A stretch of 64,000 bases of DNA from Camelus dromedarius (lineage: Eukaryota): positions 101,310,001-101,374,000 of the forward strand of contig NC_087472.1 of assembly GCF_036321535.1 (NCBI RefSeq), in the 5' to 3' direction. Position numbers and translations under genes: made by a program. The notes under the pieces are model-generated. The model was not told the DNA's origin and made no database searches. It saw nothing but the letters and a program-made list of their open reading frames with translations. Numbering within the stretch: position 1 is the stretch's first letter; each line of letters begins with the position of its first letter. Shown piece by piece: positions 1-10,432 of the stretch.

Positions 1-320
1 TGTAGGAAGTGTGGGTATGTTACCATTTATGTAGCAAGGGAGCTTTTATATGTACATATGTACATGCATATACATAAAATAACATAAATCATATCTAAAA
101 CAACATATGTATGCAACACATACATATATGTATATGAATGTGTGCATGTGTACTGCATGAAATAAATATCTTTAGACAGATACATAAGAAACTTGTAACA
201 GAGGGGACTAGGAGACTGAGCTGGGAGGTTGACATAGTTTTCACTGTATGCAGATTGCATGGTTTAAATTATTTTCACCATATCCATATTTTATTCAAAA
301 TGAGTAAATAAAAATGTAAA
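1..320 (+). mobile_element. Ancient L1M 3' UTR fragment with purine-pyrimidine low-complexity tract
   Basis: Resembles old L1 3' ends (compare 9780-10320); TA/CA/TG-rich 47-160; A-rich end near 300-320. Confidence 0.4.
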
Positions 321-437
321 GAATTAGCAATATTAATGTTTCAGCTGTTCTAGTACAAGGGGCGGTCATTCATGGAGAAAGCAATTCCATGAAACAGTAA
401 CTTTGAGTTGTCCTCACCAACTAGAGAGATTCCCCTA

Positions 438-463
438 ACACACACACACACACACACACACAC
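438..463. repeat. (AC)n microsatellite
   Basis: Perfect AC run of about 13 units. Confidence 0.97.
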
Positions 464-1411
464 TACTGGTATATTTTTTTAAACCACCAAAGTAGTTCAT
501 GTGTCTATCAAGTTCGCACTAAGAATCAGGTTACTGGATATTTGAAGAACACTTTTTCTATTCCAGTTAAAAATCATCATTTATCTGTGACTAGCATAAC
601 ATTTCATTTATATTTGAAATCGAAGAGCAGAATGGCTCCACCAAATCCGGAATCTGTAAACACAGTATCATGTTTTGATAGACACATAGCTGTGGATTTC
701 AGCATCATTATTTGGTAGCTGTGGGTTTGTGCTATTACTCTGTGGTATTAGATGGTTGCAGGGAGTTTTCAGTTCTTCTTTCACAAAGAAGGAGCAAAAA
801 CAGAAAGTGAAGGCACAAATTCCCACCCATGTCCTATGCAGCAGTAAGGAAAGCCATGCAGTCATTCCAAGGCAAGGGACAGAAATATTCTGTCTGCTCT
901 GCTTCTGCTCTCTGTGTGAGACCCTCTTGTCCAAAGAGTGGGTTAGTGGTACCACTGAAGTAGGAAAGAGATGATTTCAGGCTCCACAGCTTATGTGCGT
1001 CTTGTTATTGCAGTGTTTAGACATTCATTCTGCACATGTGCTTACCCATAACAGAATCTATTGATTTCATTTTTTAAAGTCTTATGGTAACTATGGATTT
1101 GGCAGCAAGTGTCCCAGATTTTTCACTTTCATTCTTAATTTTTAAAATATCCATTTGCACTTCCATTTGTGACCCCATTTACCATGATCTTTTGAGTAAA
1201 GTTTAGCCAGAGCACTAGTGAATTTCAAGCATGAATAAATCAAGCAAGGGTCAAAACATAATTCATAGAGAATTTTAGAGGTCACATTCACTTCCTCATT
1301 CTTCCTTGCCTTAAAAGAGAATTTGGGGGGCATTATAAATAATCAGCTTCTCTATAATCACCAACATCATTACTCTGGGCTCACGGATTATGTGACACAG
1401 TTGTGCTTATA

Positions 1412-1577
1412 GATTTATAACATTTTGAAGCTGAAAGGGGCCTTAGAGATTATAATGAAGAAACACAAGTTCAGAGAGGTCAAGTGACATGCAGTCACAC
1501 AGGCGGTTAGTGAAAAGTTCCAGATAAAACTTGCAGATTTTGCAACTCCTAATCCATTGTTTTTTTCCTGTACCACG
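1412..1577 (-). mobile_element. MIR-family SINE relic (MIR3/MIRc-like)
   Basis: gaagctgaaaggggccttagagat...gttcagagaggtcaagtgac...gtcacacag core in reverse orientation. Confidence 0.7.
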
Positions 1578-2026
1578 ACATTACAGTTATTATTATATGG
1601 TTCAATGTCACCCTTGCCCTCAGCATGTTTACAGAGTAGTGAAACACACCAGGACTTGCTGTGCTATTGGGCCATTGGGCAAGGCTGGGATACATGTTGA
1701 GGGAGGGGATGGTTGTTTATTGAAGCTTCAACAAAAAACACGCCGCGTATGTCCTTAATTGTTTGTGCTTCTAAGATTTTGTTGAAACAAAGGGTTCTAC
1801 GACTAAAGCATTTGAAAACCACATCAATAGTCCAACCCAAATTTAATGCACAGTATAGGTTTAATACAACATATATAAAACATGTGTGTGAAGCTGATTA
1901 ACATGCCCAAAGAAGTCAGGTTTGTGATTGGGTGCAGTGTGGATCAAGTAAGGATTCTGAATTAAGTGAGCAAGTCCTTTTTCATTACTCTTAAGTTCTA
2001 ATGTCCTTTTTCTCTTCCATCTAGCT

Positions 2027-2237
2027 CAGCGGTTCACAATTCAGGGTGATTTTACTCCCCCAGTGGATGTTTGGCAATGCCTAGGGACATTTGTGGTTGT
2101 GATAACTAGGGAAGGGATGCTACCGGCATCTAAGTAGAGGCCAGGGATTCTGCTGAACATCCTACAATACACAGGACAGCCCCACAAGAAAGGAGTATCC
2201 GCCCCAAATCTCAGCAGTGCAGAGATGAGAAACCCTG
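2027..2237 (+). mobile_element. MER20 (hAT-Charlie) non-autonomous DNA transposon
   Basis: cagcggttcacaa...tttggcaatgcctagggacattt...tagaggccagggattctgctgaacatcctacaa...gagaaaccctg. Confidence 0.85.
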
Positions 2238-3062
2238 ATCTTGTTAAACCCTACCTATCAGGGCCAGCTCAGGCCCACTGCTTCTCTTTGATGTTTTCCT
2301 GGTCTCCACCAACCCTCTTCACTCTGAGATTTTATGGTTCCTACTCCCCAATTTAGCAGTTAGTTGAATAATTATCTTACTTGCTCATAATTTTTCAAGC
2401 CAAGACTAACTTAGCTGCTCAGTTAGGTTATAAGTATCCCATGAGAGGAGCAAGTATTTCATGAATATACTTGTTCCAGGTGCCTTAAAAGCACGTAACC
2501 TTGGCTAAACATATGGGAAATGCTTTTCCAGGGAAGATGTGAAAGGAGAACGTTCAGAAGAATGTTTCAGATGCCCAGAGGAGCTGCTTAAACAAAAACT
2601 CGGAATCACTAGTAAAGAAAAGTCAGCAGATCTTTCTAGTTGGTGTGAGGGTGATGACAAAGATGGTGGTAAAAGGCAAGAAGGCATGAGGAAAAGGGTG
2701 AAGGCAAAATGGAAGAGGATTTTAAAACACACAGAGGAGTTAATGCTGGAACATAGATAAAGGTGGCCTCTAAAAATTTCATTCATCATTCATCCATTCG
2801 ACAAATACTTGTGGAGCATCTTCGAGGTATGGATACTCTTCTAGGCCTGGTACATAGTGATGAACAAAACAGGGTATTTGAGGGCTGATACAGATTGTGG
2901 TGGAGGGAGAGGTAGATCATGAATAAACTAACAATGTAATATAATGTATTATCTATGCATGCTGTATATATACACACATACATACAGCTTATACAATGTA
3001 AAAGCCACATATATAATGTAAATTCAAAAACCGATAAACAGTGCTATGCTAATAAAGGGTTA

Positions 3063-3200
3063 ACTGCTGGTTTTAGGGGTGGGCAGAGCCCCGATTTTTA
3101 ACATTTGCCAATTTCCATGGTGTAAAATACTCTGGCTATATATTATTTTAAGCAACAAATGTGAGGTCACTGAACACAGATTTGGGAAGAGATATGTACA
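3063..3200 (-). mobile_element. MER63-like (hAT-Blackjack) fragment
   Basis: atttgccaatttccatggtgtaaaatactc...gtcactgaacacagatttgggaagagat; reverse complement of part of 43545-43722. Confidence 0.6.
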
Positions 3201-3261
3201 GTACTATAAAGAAGATACAAGGCAGGTTTAAAAGACTGAGGATGGTGGGGATGCTGTTTTT

Positions 3262-3699
3262 TTCGGTTTTTTTGAGGTATAGTTGGCGAATAATATACAA
3301 GTTTCAGGTGTACCGTATAGTGATTCACAATTTTTAAAGGTTATACTCCATTTATACTTATAAAATATTGGCTCTATTTCCTGTGTTGTACGGTGTATCC
3401 TTGTAGCTTATTTATTTTATACACAGTAGTTTGTACCTCTTAATCCCCTACCCCTATCTTGCCTCTCCCTCTTCCCTCTCCCCACTGGTAACCACTAATT
3501 TGTTCTCTATATCTGTGAATCTGTTTCTGTTTTGCTATATACATTTGTTTGTTTTATTTTTAGATTTCACATGTAAGTGATACATATAGTATTTGTCTTT
3601 TTCTGTCTGGCTTATTTCACTTAGCATAATACCCTCCAAGTCCATCCATGTTGTTGCAAATGGCAAAATTTCACTTTTTTAAAGGCTGAGTAGTATTCC

Positions 3700-3735
<36 letters not shown>

Positions 3736-4026
3736 CACACACACCATATCTTCTTTATCCATTCTTCTGTTGATGGATACTTAGGTTGCTTCTGAATCTT
3801 GACTATTGTAAGTAATGCTGCTGTGAACATTGGGGTGCAGGTATCTTTTCAAATTAGTATTTTTTGTTTTTTTCAGATATATGCCCAGGAGTGGAATTTC
3901 TGGGTCATATAGTAGTTCTATTTTTAGTTTTTTGAGGAACCTCCATACTGTACTATTTTCCACAGTGGCTGCACCAATTTATCTTCCTGCCAACAGTGCA
4001 TGAGGGTTCCCTTTTCTCCACATACA
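3262..4026 (-). mobile_element. 5'-truncated L1 (ORF2 C-terminus plus 3' UTR, older subfamily)
   Basis: ORF2 C-terminal peptides ([48 protein letters not shown]); T-rich tail; 14-bp TSD gggatgctgttttt at 3248-3261 and 4027-4040. Confidence 0.93.
3702..3743. repeat. (TG)n followed by short (CA)n, expanded inside the L1
   Basis: About 15 TG units, then tata, then about 5 CA units. Confidence 0.95.
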
Positions 4027-5500
4027 GGGATGCTGTTTTTGATGCTTCAGTCAGAGAAGATTTCTCTGAGGATGTGACATCTGAATAGTAAGGTTTCTGT
4101 AAAAAGATGTGATTTTTGTTTTATCAGTATGTTTAGTGACTCAGGATACCTCACTTATTTTGCCTTCTCCCTGTAGGGCTATAAATGTGGGCAAAATTGA
4201 GCTTCTCCCAGATCTTTCTCTCCCTCAGAGGAACAGCTAGTGAGACATGTCAGAGGAGAAAGTTGAAAAGAGAGAACAAACAAGGTCCCTTTCCCACATC
4301 ACACCCCGGGGACCTAGCATGTGGTTGGAAATTTCTGTAAGAGTGAAGACTGTCACCATATCTATGGGGGTACCAGGGTCCTACCCAGAGCTGGCTGGAA
4401 ATCTTGCCTCTCTCCCAGAGATAGAGTGTAGATTATTCTAGTAGTCCCTCCACAGCATGAGCCTGGGATACTTGGCAAGAAGTTCTACTTCAGATCGTAA
4501 CATTCTCCACATGCTTTCTGGGTTGTTGTTGAAAAAAAATGCATGCAAAAAGGATTTTCAATTTTCAAACGAATGCCCACAGAACTCCACAATTACCAAC
4601 TGGTGTTGCCTAAAAGAGTGGCAATTTGGTTGAGAAATAGGTTTCAGTTTGTAACTTCCAAGGGTATATGATAAACTTCCAGGAGTAAAAAATCTGGAAA
4701 CACGAGGGAAATGTTTTCAAACTCTCCTCAATCAAGCCTCTGATTTAAATGAAGAAAAAATTCCTCTGAATGCCAAAAATGCATATTTCAGATGTCCCCA
4801 TCAACTGTGAGACAGTTGCTTTCCCATGAAGACCTGCCATTGTGGACAGTATGAGAAATCTCAAATTAAAATAAATGGTTATTCAGAGAAAGCCTTTCAA
4901 TCGAGCCAAGACTCCCAACTTTACATTGTGCAGCCTTTGCCACACAATTATGAGGTCCAGTTGGGTTGCTTAAAATTTTTGTAGTATTTAATCCCCCAAG
5001 TGCAGCAATGTTTGTTTTAATGTCTTCTCTACAGTTCAGTGGCCCGGTAGCCAGTGTGAGAGAAAACAGGAGAACTGAGCCCCAACTTCCAGCCTCCTGG
5101 TTTCCCTTCCTCCACTCCGGCTTGGGCCTCAGGCACAAGGCTGGGCTGCTATGGATCAAGTCCTCCCTTAAAATTCTGGGCTGGCTTAGGTGGGCCCATG
5201 GGGGACAGAGGGGAAGATGGGCTAGTTGGGACCCTTGGTTCTGATTGTACAGTGTGATTGGCAGGGACGTTGCTTCATTCATTTGGGATTTTTACCAGGA
5301 AGACAGACTAGCCTTGCTTTGGCAACATTTAGTGTCAGGAAGGAGGACACTATATTCTCTCCTTTCATGCTGCGCAATTCTTGTAGGTCAAGCTTGCTCT
5401 TTGGGATTCTTCTCTTCAGCATCTCACCTCTGATAGTTTGGAGGGGTCACTGGAAATGGAGGCAGAAGGCAAGTAAGCCAAGGGAAAGTTTAAAGCTGAT

Positions 5501-5836
5501 TGTGTTCATTTGCTGGGGCTGCTGTAACAAACGGGGTGGCTTAGAGGATCCTTTCTTGCCTTTTTCAGCTTCTGGCAGCCCCATGTGTTCTGTGGCTTGT
5601 GGCAACATAACTCCAAATTCTGTCTCTATCTTTATATGGCCTTCTTTCCTCTGTCTATGTCCAGATTTCCCTCTTCTTAAAAGGACACCAGTCATACTGG
5701 ATTGGAGTGACCCTACTGCAGTGTGACCTCATCTTATATCTGCAATTACCCTATTTCCAACAAAGGTCACATTCTGAGGTACTGGGTATTAGGACTTCAA
5801 CACATCTTTTGGAGGGAAACAGTTCAACCCATGACA
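5501..5836 (-). mobile_element. MaLR solo LTR (MLT1B/C-like), internally deleted
   Basis: tgtgttcatttgctggggctgctgtaacaaa ... aggtcacattctgaggtactgggtattaggacttcaac...ttcaacccatgaca; TG...CA ends. Confidence 0.85.
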
Positions 5837-6986
5837 CCACTGAAGAAAGGGAGACTTTTTCCCCAATGAAGCTAGTCCACTCTTAACACATGCTTGAGCC
5901 TCAGTGTAGATGGTGGCTAGGAAACAGGCGAACGGGAGGAAATAGCCCGTCGGTCCAAGCCTAGATTGCAATTCACAAGCTGCACCTTCGTTGAATTCCT
6001 TGCCCCAGACACAAATGCAAGGCTGCTTGGGATGGCCTCCTAGTTTTGGAGTCTTAACTCCAAATTCCTCAATTCCTGGAGGTTTAGCCAGACCTGTAAT
6101 GTGATTTTAACTGTGTAACTTGTGATTGAATGCAGTTTATATGTGGCATGGATATCTGATCAGCAGCTGGATTAAGAGAGGGCTTTGGAGCCTCCCTCAT
6201 TTATATCTGCCACTGTCCTTCTCCACCCAATCCCATTGGCTCAAAAAGGGAGAAGCTACCTTGCTGCCATTTCTCTACTGGTTATCCTCTCTTGTCCTTC
6301 CTCTCCTGGCTGGCTGGAGCCACCCCATAAATATTCTGAGCTGCCCTCCTGCAGAGCTCACCACGACACAGGGAAAGAAGCTTGTGGAGATGAGAGGCTG
6401 GGAGCGCCCCAGTGTTTCAGGTGTTGGTGAAGAAGACTTCTTGGTCAGAGTCCTCTCTCTATTTCAGCAGCCTTGGCAGTCCTTTTCTCTTACTTACTCT
6501 GATCTTGAACCCAGTTTTCACCCTGGGGCCCTTTAACTTTCTGTCCCACTTGCAGCTAAACAAGCTGACAGAATGGAGTTTGACACAGAGGAAGAGAGAG
6601 AGGGGTTCGTTTTCTCTCCATGTTTAGAGGTAAAAGGGGGCTTCCTGGATAATGATATAACTTACCTTTAAGTAAGCTGCAGAATAAAAATGATCTCCCT
6701 CATTCATTCTCTTGGCAGGGGGAGTCCCCAGTATGGGCAATACTGACATTTCTCCCAGATTAACGCAGCCATGCAGGTAGAGACCCCTCGTCCCCAACAC
6801 TCACACCTACCGCACAGATATTTTCTCCTTAGATGTGCTCAGAATGCAGATGCTTTTCTGATTGTAGGCTCAACAAACAAACGAAAGAAAAGCTATACTA
6901 AAGACTCTACACTCCTGGAAATCACTTAAGGCCTCCTGAGATTTTAGACCACTCTCCACATGGTTGACAAACGTTTGCCTGAGTCG

Positions 6987-7176
6987 GGGGGTTCCCATAC
7001 TCGTTTGGAGATAGGGAACCCTTTGGCATCTTGTAGATCCCTTCTCAGGAAAGTGGTTTTAAATGCATTAAACACAATGCAGAGATTTACAAAGGAAACT
7101 AATTATACTAAATACAGTTACCAAAATATTAAAAAACAAAATTTTGAGGTTTTTTTGTTTGGGGGGTGGGTTAGAT

Positions 7177-7223
<47 letters not shown>

Positions 7224-7648
7224 TTTTTTAGTTGAGGTACTGGGGATTGAACTCAGGACCTCGTGAATGCTAAACAGGCACTCTACCCCTGAGCTATACC
7301 CTCCCCCTTAAGAAACAAAATTTTGATACAATATTATTTTTGCGCACTAGTTAATACTTTAAATAAGATCTAGCAGCAGTAACTACTGTAATTTCTAAGT
7401 GATAATGAGTGTAAGAAATTATATTTTAAGATTCATGAAACAGCAGTAATGGGATGTGAAAAAAATCTGTGATTGCTGTTGATGACAGTCACTGGTATGG
7501 TTAATACTACTGAGATGTGTGGCCCTTATTCCTAATTGAATGACACACTCAGTTTCATCTAGAGGTGAGCAAAGATAAAGGCATAATTTTTTTCATCCAA
7601 GTTTACAGGCTCTTTGGGGAAATCTGTGGACCCAGATCAGAATCCCTA
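6987..7648 (+). mobile_element. Charlie4a-like hAT DNA transposon, interrupted by a SINE
   Basis: ccctttggca...cccttctcag...ttttaaatgcat...ttacaaaggaaactaattat; homologous to 25685-26185 and 49660-50578. Confidence 0.75.
7148..7307 (-). mobile_element. tRNA-derived SINE (camelid Vic-1-like)
   Basis: Minus strand reads gggggagggtatagctcaggggtagagtgc...gaggtcctgagttcaatccccagtacctc (A and B boxes), then (TAAA)n and an A-rich tail; 19-bp TSD ttaa[a/g]aaacaaaattttga at 7129-7147 and 7308-7326. Confidence 0.9.
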
Positions 7649-8384
7649 GCCTATGGAGACATCTGGGTCTCCTCAGCCCTCTACAACCTGGGCCCTCCTC
7701 TGTGGCCTGTGTAGATAATGTTGTCCACACTTCTCATCACCCTTCCTGTCAGAGGATGCTGAGCCAAGTTGAGTCCTGCCTAAATGAGGCACAATTTAGA
7801 AGGTCCGTGTAAGGCTCCTTGAGGCTTGGAGTTTGCCTCTTCAGACACCCCACACCCCTCTCCTAGGGATCATAGTTCTGGCTTCTCTCCCTGTAAATGC
7901 CCTTCCTGTCCCTTCCTAATGGCCATGGGCATGATCCTGGGAGGCCCCATTCCTGCTCACTTGTGGCTTCTGCAGCCAGACTAGGGTTGGCCCCTGCTTC
8001 CCCATGTGCCAGCCTTTCTGTTGTCCCATCCCCACCGTGAAATGAGATGCTCCCCTAACATGGTTTACCATGGGCCCCTTTGCACCTCCCCCTTACTCTT
8101 CTGCCAAACCCCCAGTTCTACCTGCTGTCTGCAGAGCGTTCTGTCATCCTTGCCCCAAGTCATACAGAACAGCGCAGCCTCTGTACTTGGACCAAAGAAT
8201 CAGTAAACTTCTCCAGATCTTCCGCCTGATCCAGAACTCCCTTGGCCAAATTCCTTTTCTAACCCAGAGTCTCCTGAACAATCACCAGATATTTAATAAT
8301 TTCCCTCCTCTTCTTGGGAAAAACATGAAAGTAATTGAGTCCTTGTGCATATTGAATCAAAATTGTGTTTATTTATTTTAAGAA

Positions 8385-8805
8385 AATCTTATGTAGCACT
8401 ATGATATTCAGGAACTATTCTTTATACTTTACAAATACTATTTCATTTAATCCTTGTAACAACCATATGAGATGGATACAGATGAGGAGACTGAGGAACA
8501 GAGTAGGGTTGCCAGATTCAGCAAATAGAAATAGAGGATGCCCAATTTAAATGTGAATTTTAGATAAAGAACAAGTATCTTCCAGTTTTTTGTTTAATAT
8601 GTCCCATGCAACATTTGGAACATATCTACACTAAAAAGTTATTTGTTGTTTACCTGAAATTCAAATTTAACTTAGTGTCCTGTATTTTATCTGGTACCCT
8701 ACACAGAAGGGTGAAAACAACTTGCTCAAGATCACACAGCCAGCAAGTGGCAGAGCCAAGATTCAAATGCAGGAACTCTATCTCTCGAGTCTTTGCTCCT
8801 AGCCA
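8385..8805 (-). mobile_element. MIR split by MER53
   Basis: tcatttaatccttgtaacaacc...cagatgaggagactgagg | acttgctcaagatcacacagc...gcagagccaagattcaaa. Confidence 0.8.
8504..8701. mobile_element. MER53 palindromic hAT MITE
   Basis: TIRs tagggttgccagat ... atctggtacccta; element is an imperfect palindrome centred near gtcccatgcaacatttggaac. Confidence 0.85.
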
Positions 8806-9419
8806 TCTTTCTCAGAAAGATGAAAATCATATTATTGCAATACATGGAATGTGTATTCCTTGCAGTGGTTCTGGGAAAAATCTCTGTTCAGAAATCAGGC
8901 CCCTTTGCTGTTTGAGATTACTGCTAAAGGACCAGTCCAGTGAACCCACTTCAAATGAGTAGTGGTCTAATCACAGATGCCCTTAAAAAAAGATGCCTGG
9001 TTGTAAGCGAGAACTTTCTGTGTTGGCCCCACTAAAGGCTGGATAGTTTGTATCTGAATGTGAAAAAGGAAGGTTTTCCTCCAGCTGCTGGGAAAATCGT
9101 TTCAAGGAACACTCATGGAGTCTCACAGAGCCATCCAGTTTGTATGCCTCTTCTTCTACCTGATTGGGAAAGAGGATACCAATAGAAGGCATTTTCTACC
9201 CACCACCCTGTCAGGCACCACTGGTCCCCAGCACTTCCATTAAGATTCAGATAGATGATCTGTGATGAGTAGGTGCTCTTTCACCTGCCTTTCACAACAA
9301 GAATCTGAAAACGGGATTCATTGAACTGCTTTTCTTAGCAGAGGGCAGAATCTTGGATACCTTGAATGTGTAGTTTCTGGTGTCAAACCCTTGTCATCAG
9401 AAATAGACACTCATAAATT

Positions 9420-10325
9420 ATGGAAGCATGACATTGGTACAGCTCTTATAAAGGTCAACTTGGCAGGATCTATCAAAAGTAGAATGCTTTGAACCAACAG
9501 TTTCCCTTCTAGGAAAGTTTCCTACAAATATACTCTTCCACATCTGTGCAAAGTGGCATGTGAACAAGGTTATTCACTGCAGCACTGTTGGTACTAGCAA
9601 AATATTCAAAACAACATAAAGGATCCTCCAAAGGGAACATAAATAAATTATAGTGCATCTCTATGGTGGAATACTATACAGCCATGAAAATGAATTAAGA
9701 AACTGAAGCATAAATGTGAAGAGCTCTCTAAGATATATTCTTAAGTGTAGGAAAAGAAAAGATGGAGTGGAGCTTGTATTGTGTACCACCAGCTGATAAA
9801 AAGCTTAGAGAGGGAAAGCACATATGAATATATGTGTGTATATTTGGTTATATATAAAGAATATAACTCTGAAAGGAAACATGAGAAATAGGTCGTATTA
9901 ATTGCCTACAAAAAAACTAGGTGTAAGGGGTGGGAAGGGATAAATTGGGAGTTTGAGATGTGCAGATACTAAGTACCATATATAAAAGAGATATACAACA
10001 ATTTTCTTCTGTATAGCACAGGGATCTGTATTCAGTATCTTGTAGTAACCTATAATGAAAAAGAATATGAAAATGAATATATGTATGTATATACATGACT
10101 GAAACATTATGCTGTACACCAGAAATTGTCACAACATTGAAAATGGACTATGCTTCAATAAAAAAATAATAAAAGTAAAATAACATTATTATCAGAAAAA
10201 AACCTAGGTGACTAGGGGACAGAGGTGGAAGGAATGGTCACTGTATGGCCTTTTATACTTTAAAAAAGTTGGATCATATACATTTATTATGTATTCAAAA
10301 AATAAACATTATTAATAAAATGAAA
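9420..10325 (+). mobile_element. Ancient L1M ORF2-end/3' UTR, interrupted by a younger L1
   Basis: ttattcactgcagcactgtt...ggaatactatacagccatgaaaa; continues after 10210. Confidence 0.7.
9924..10195 (+). mobile_element. Short 5'-truncated artiodactyl-type L1 3' UTR
   Basis: gggaagggataaattgggagtttgagatgtgcagatac...tgactgaaacattatgctgtacaccagaaatt; A-rich tail; TSD aaaaaaa(c)ctaggtg at 9910-9923 and 10196-10210. Confidence 0.9.
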
Positions 10326-10432
10326 AATTTCCTTCCACCATAGAATAAAACATCATCTTACCAGGGCAGGGGAGGGAGGCAGTGAGGATTGTGAGCTACG
10401 ATTCTCTCAATAGATTTAGAGCTAAAAATGGA

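Larger units (their letters stand above)
2778..4090 (-). mobile_element. L2 3' end, interrupted by a MER63 fragment and an L1
   Basis: ttcattcatcattcatccattcgacaaatac terminus; resumes after the L1 with agaagatttctctgaggatgtgacatctgaa. Confidence 0.65.

Noticed and set aside
668..955. Minus-strand ORF that could be a terminal exon (…ELKTPCNHLIPQSNSTNPQLPNNDAEIHSYVSIKT*), with an AG at 778-779 after a pyrimidine tract
   Set aside because: The acceptor is interrupted by purines (gtgaaag), I do not recognise the peptide, and there is no nearby unique poly(A) signal or partner exon
5226..5726. 166-aa plus-strand ORF
   Set aside because: Non-ATG start, runs into an MLT1 LTR, no recognisable domain
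7232..7307. tRNA-like sequence
   Set aside because: It has a simple-repeat tail and TSD, so it is a SINE head rather than a tRNA gene
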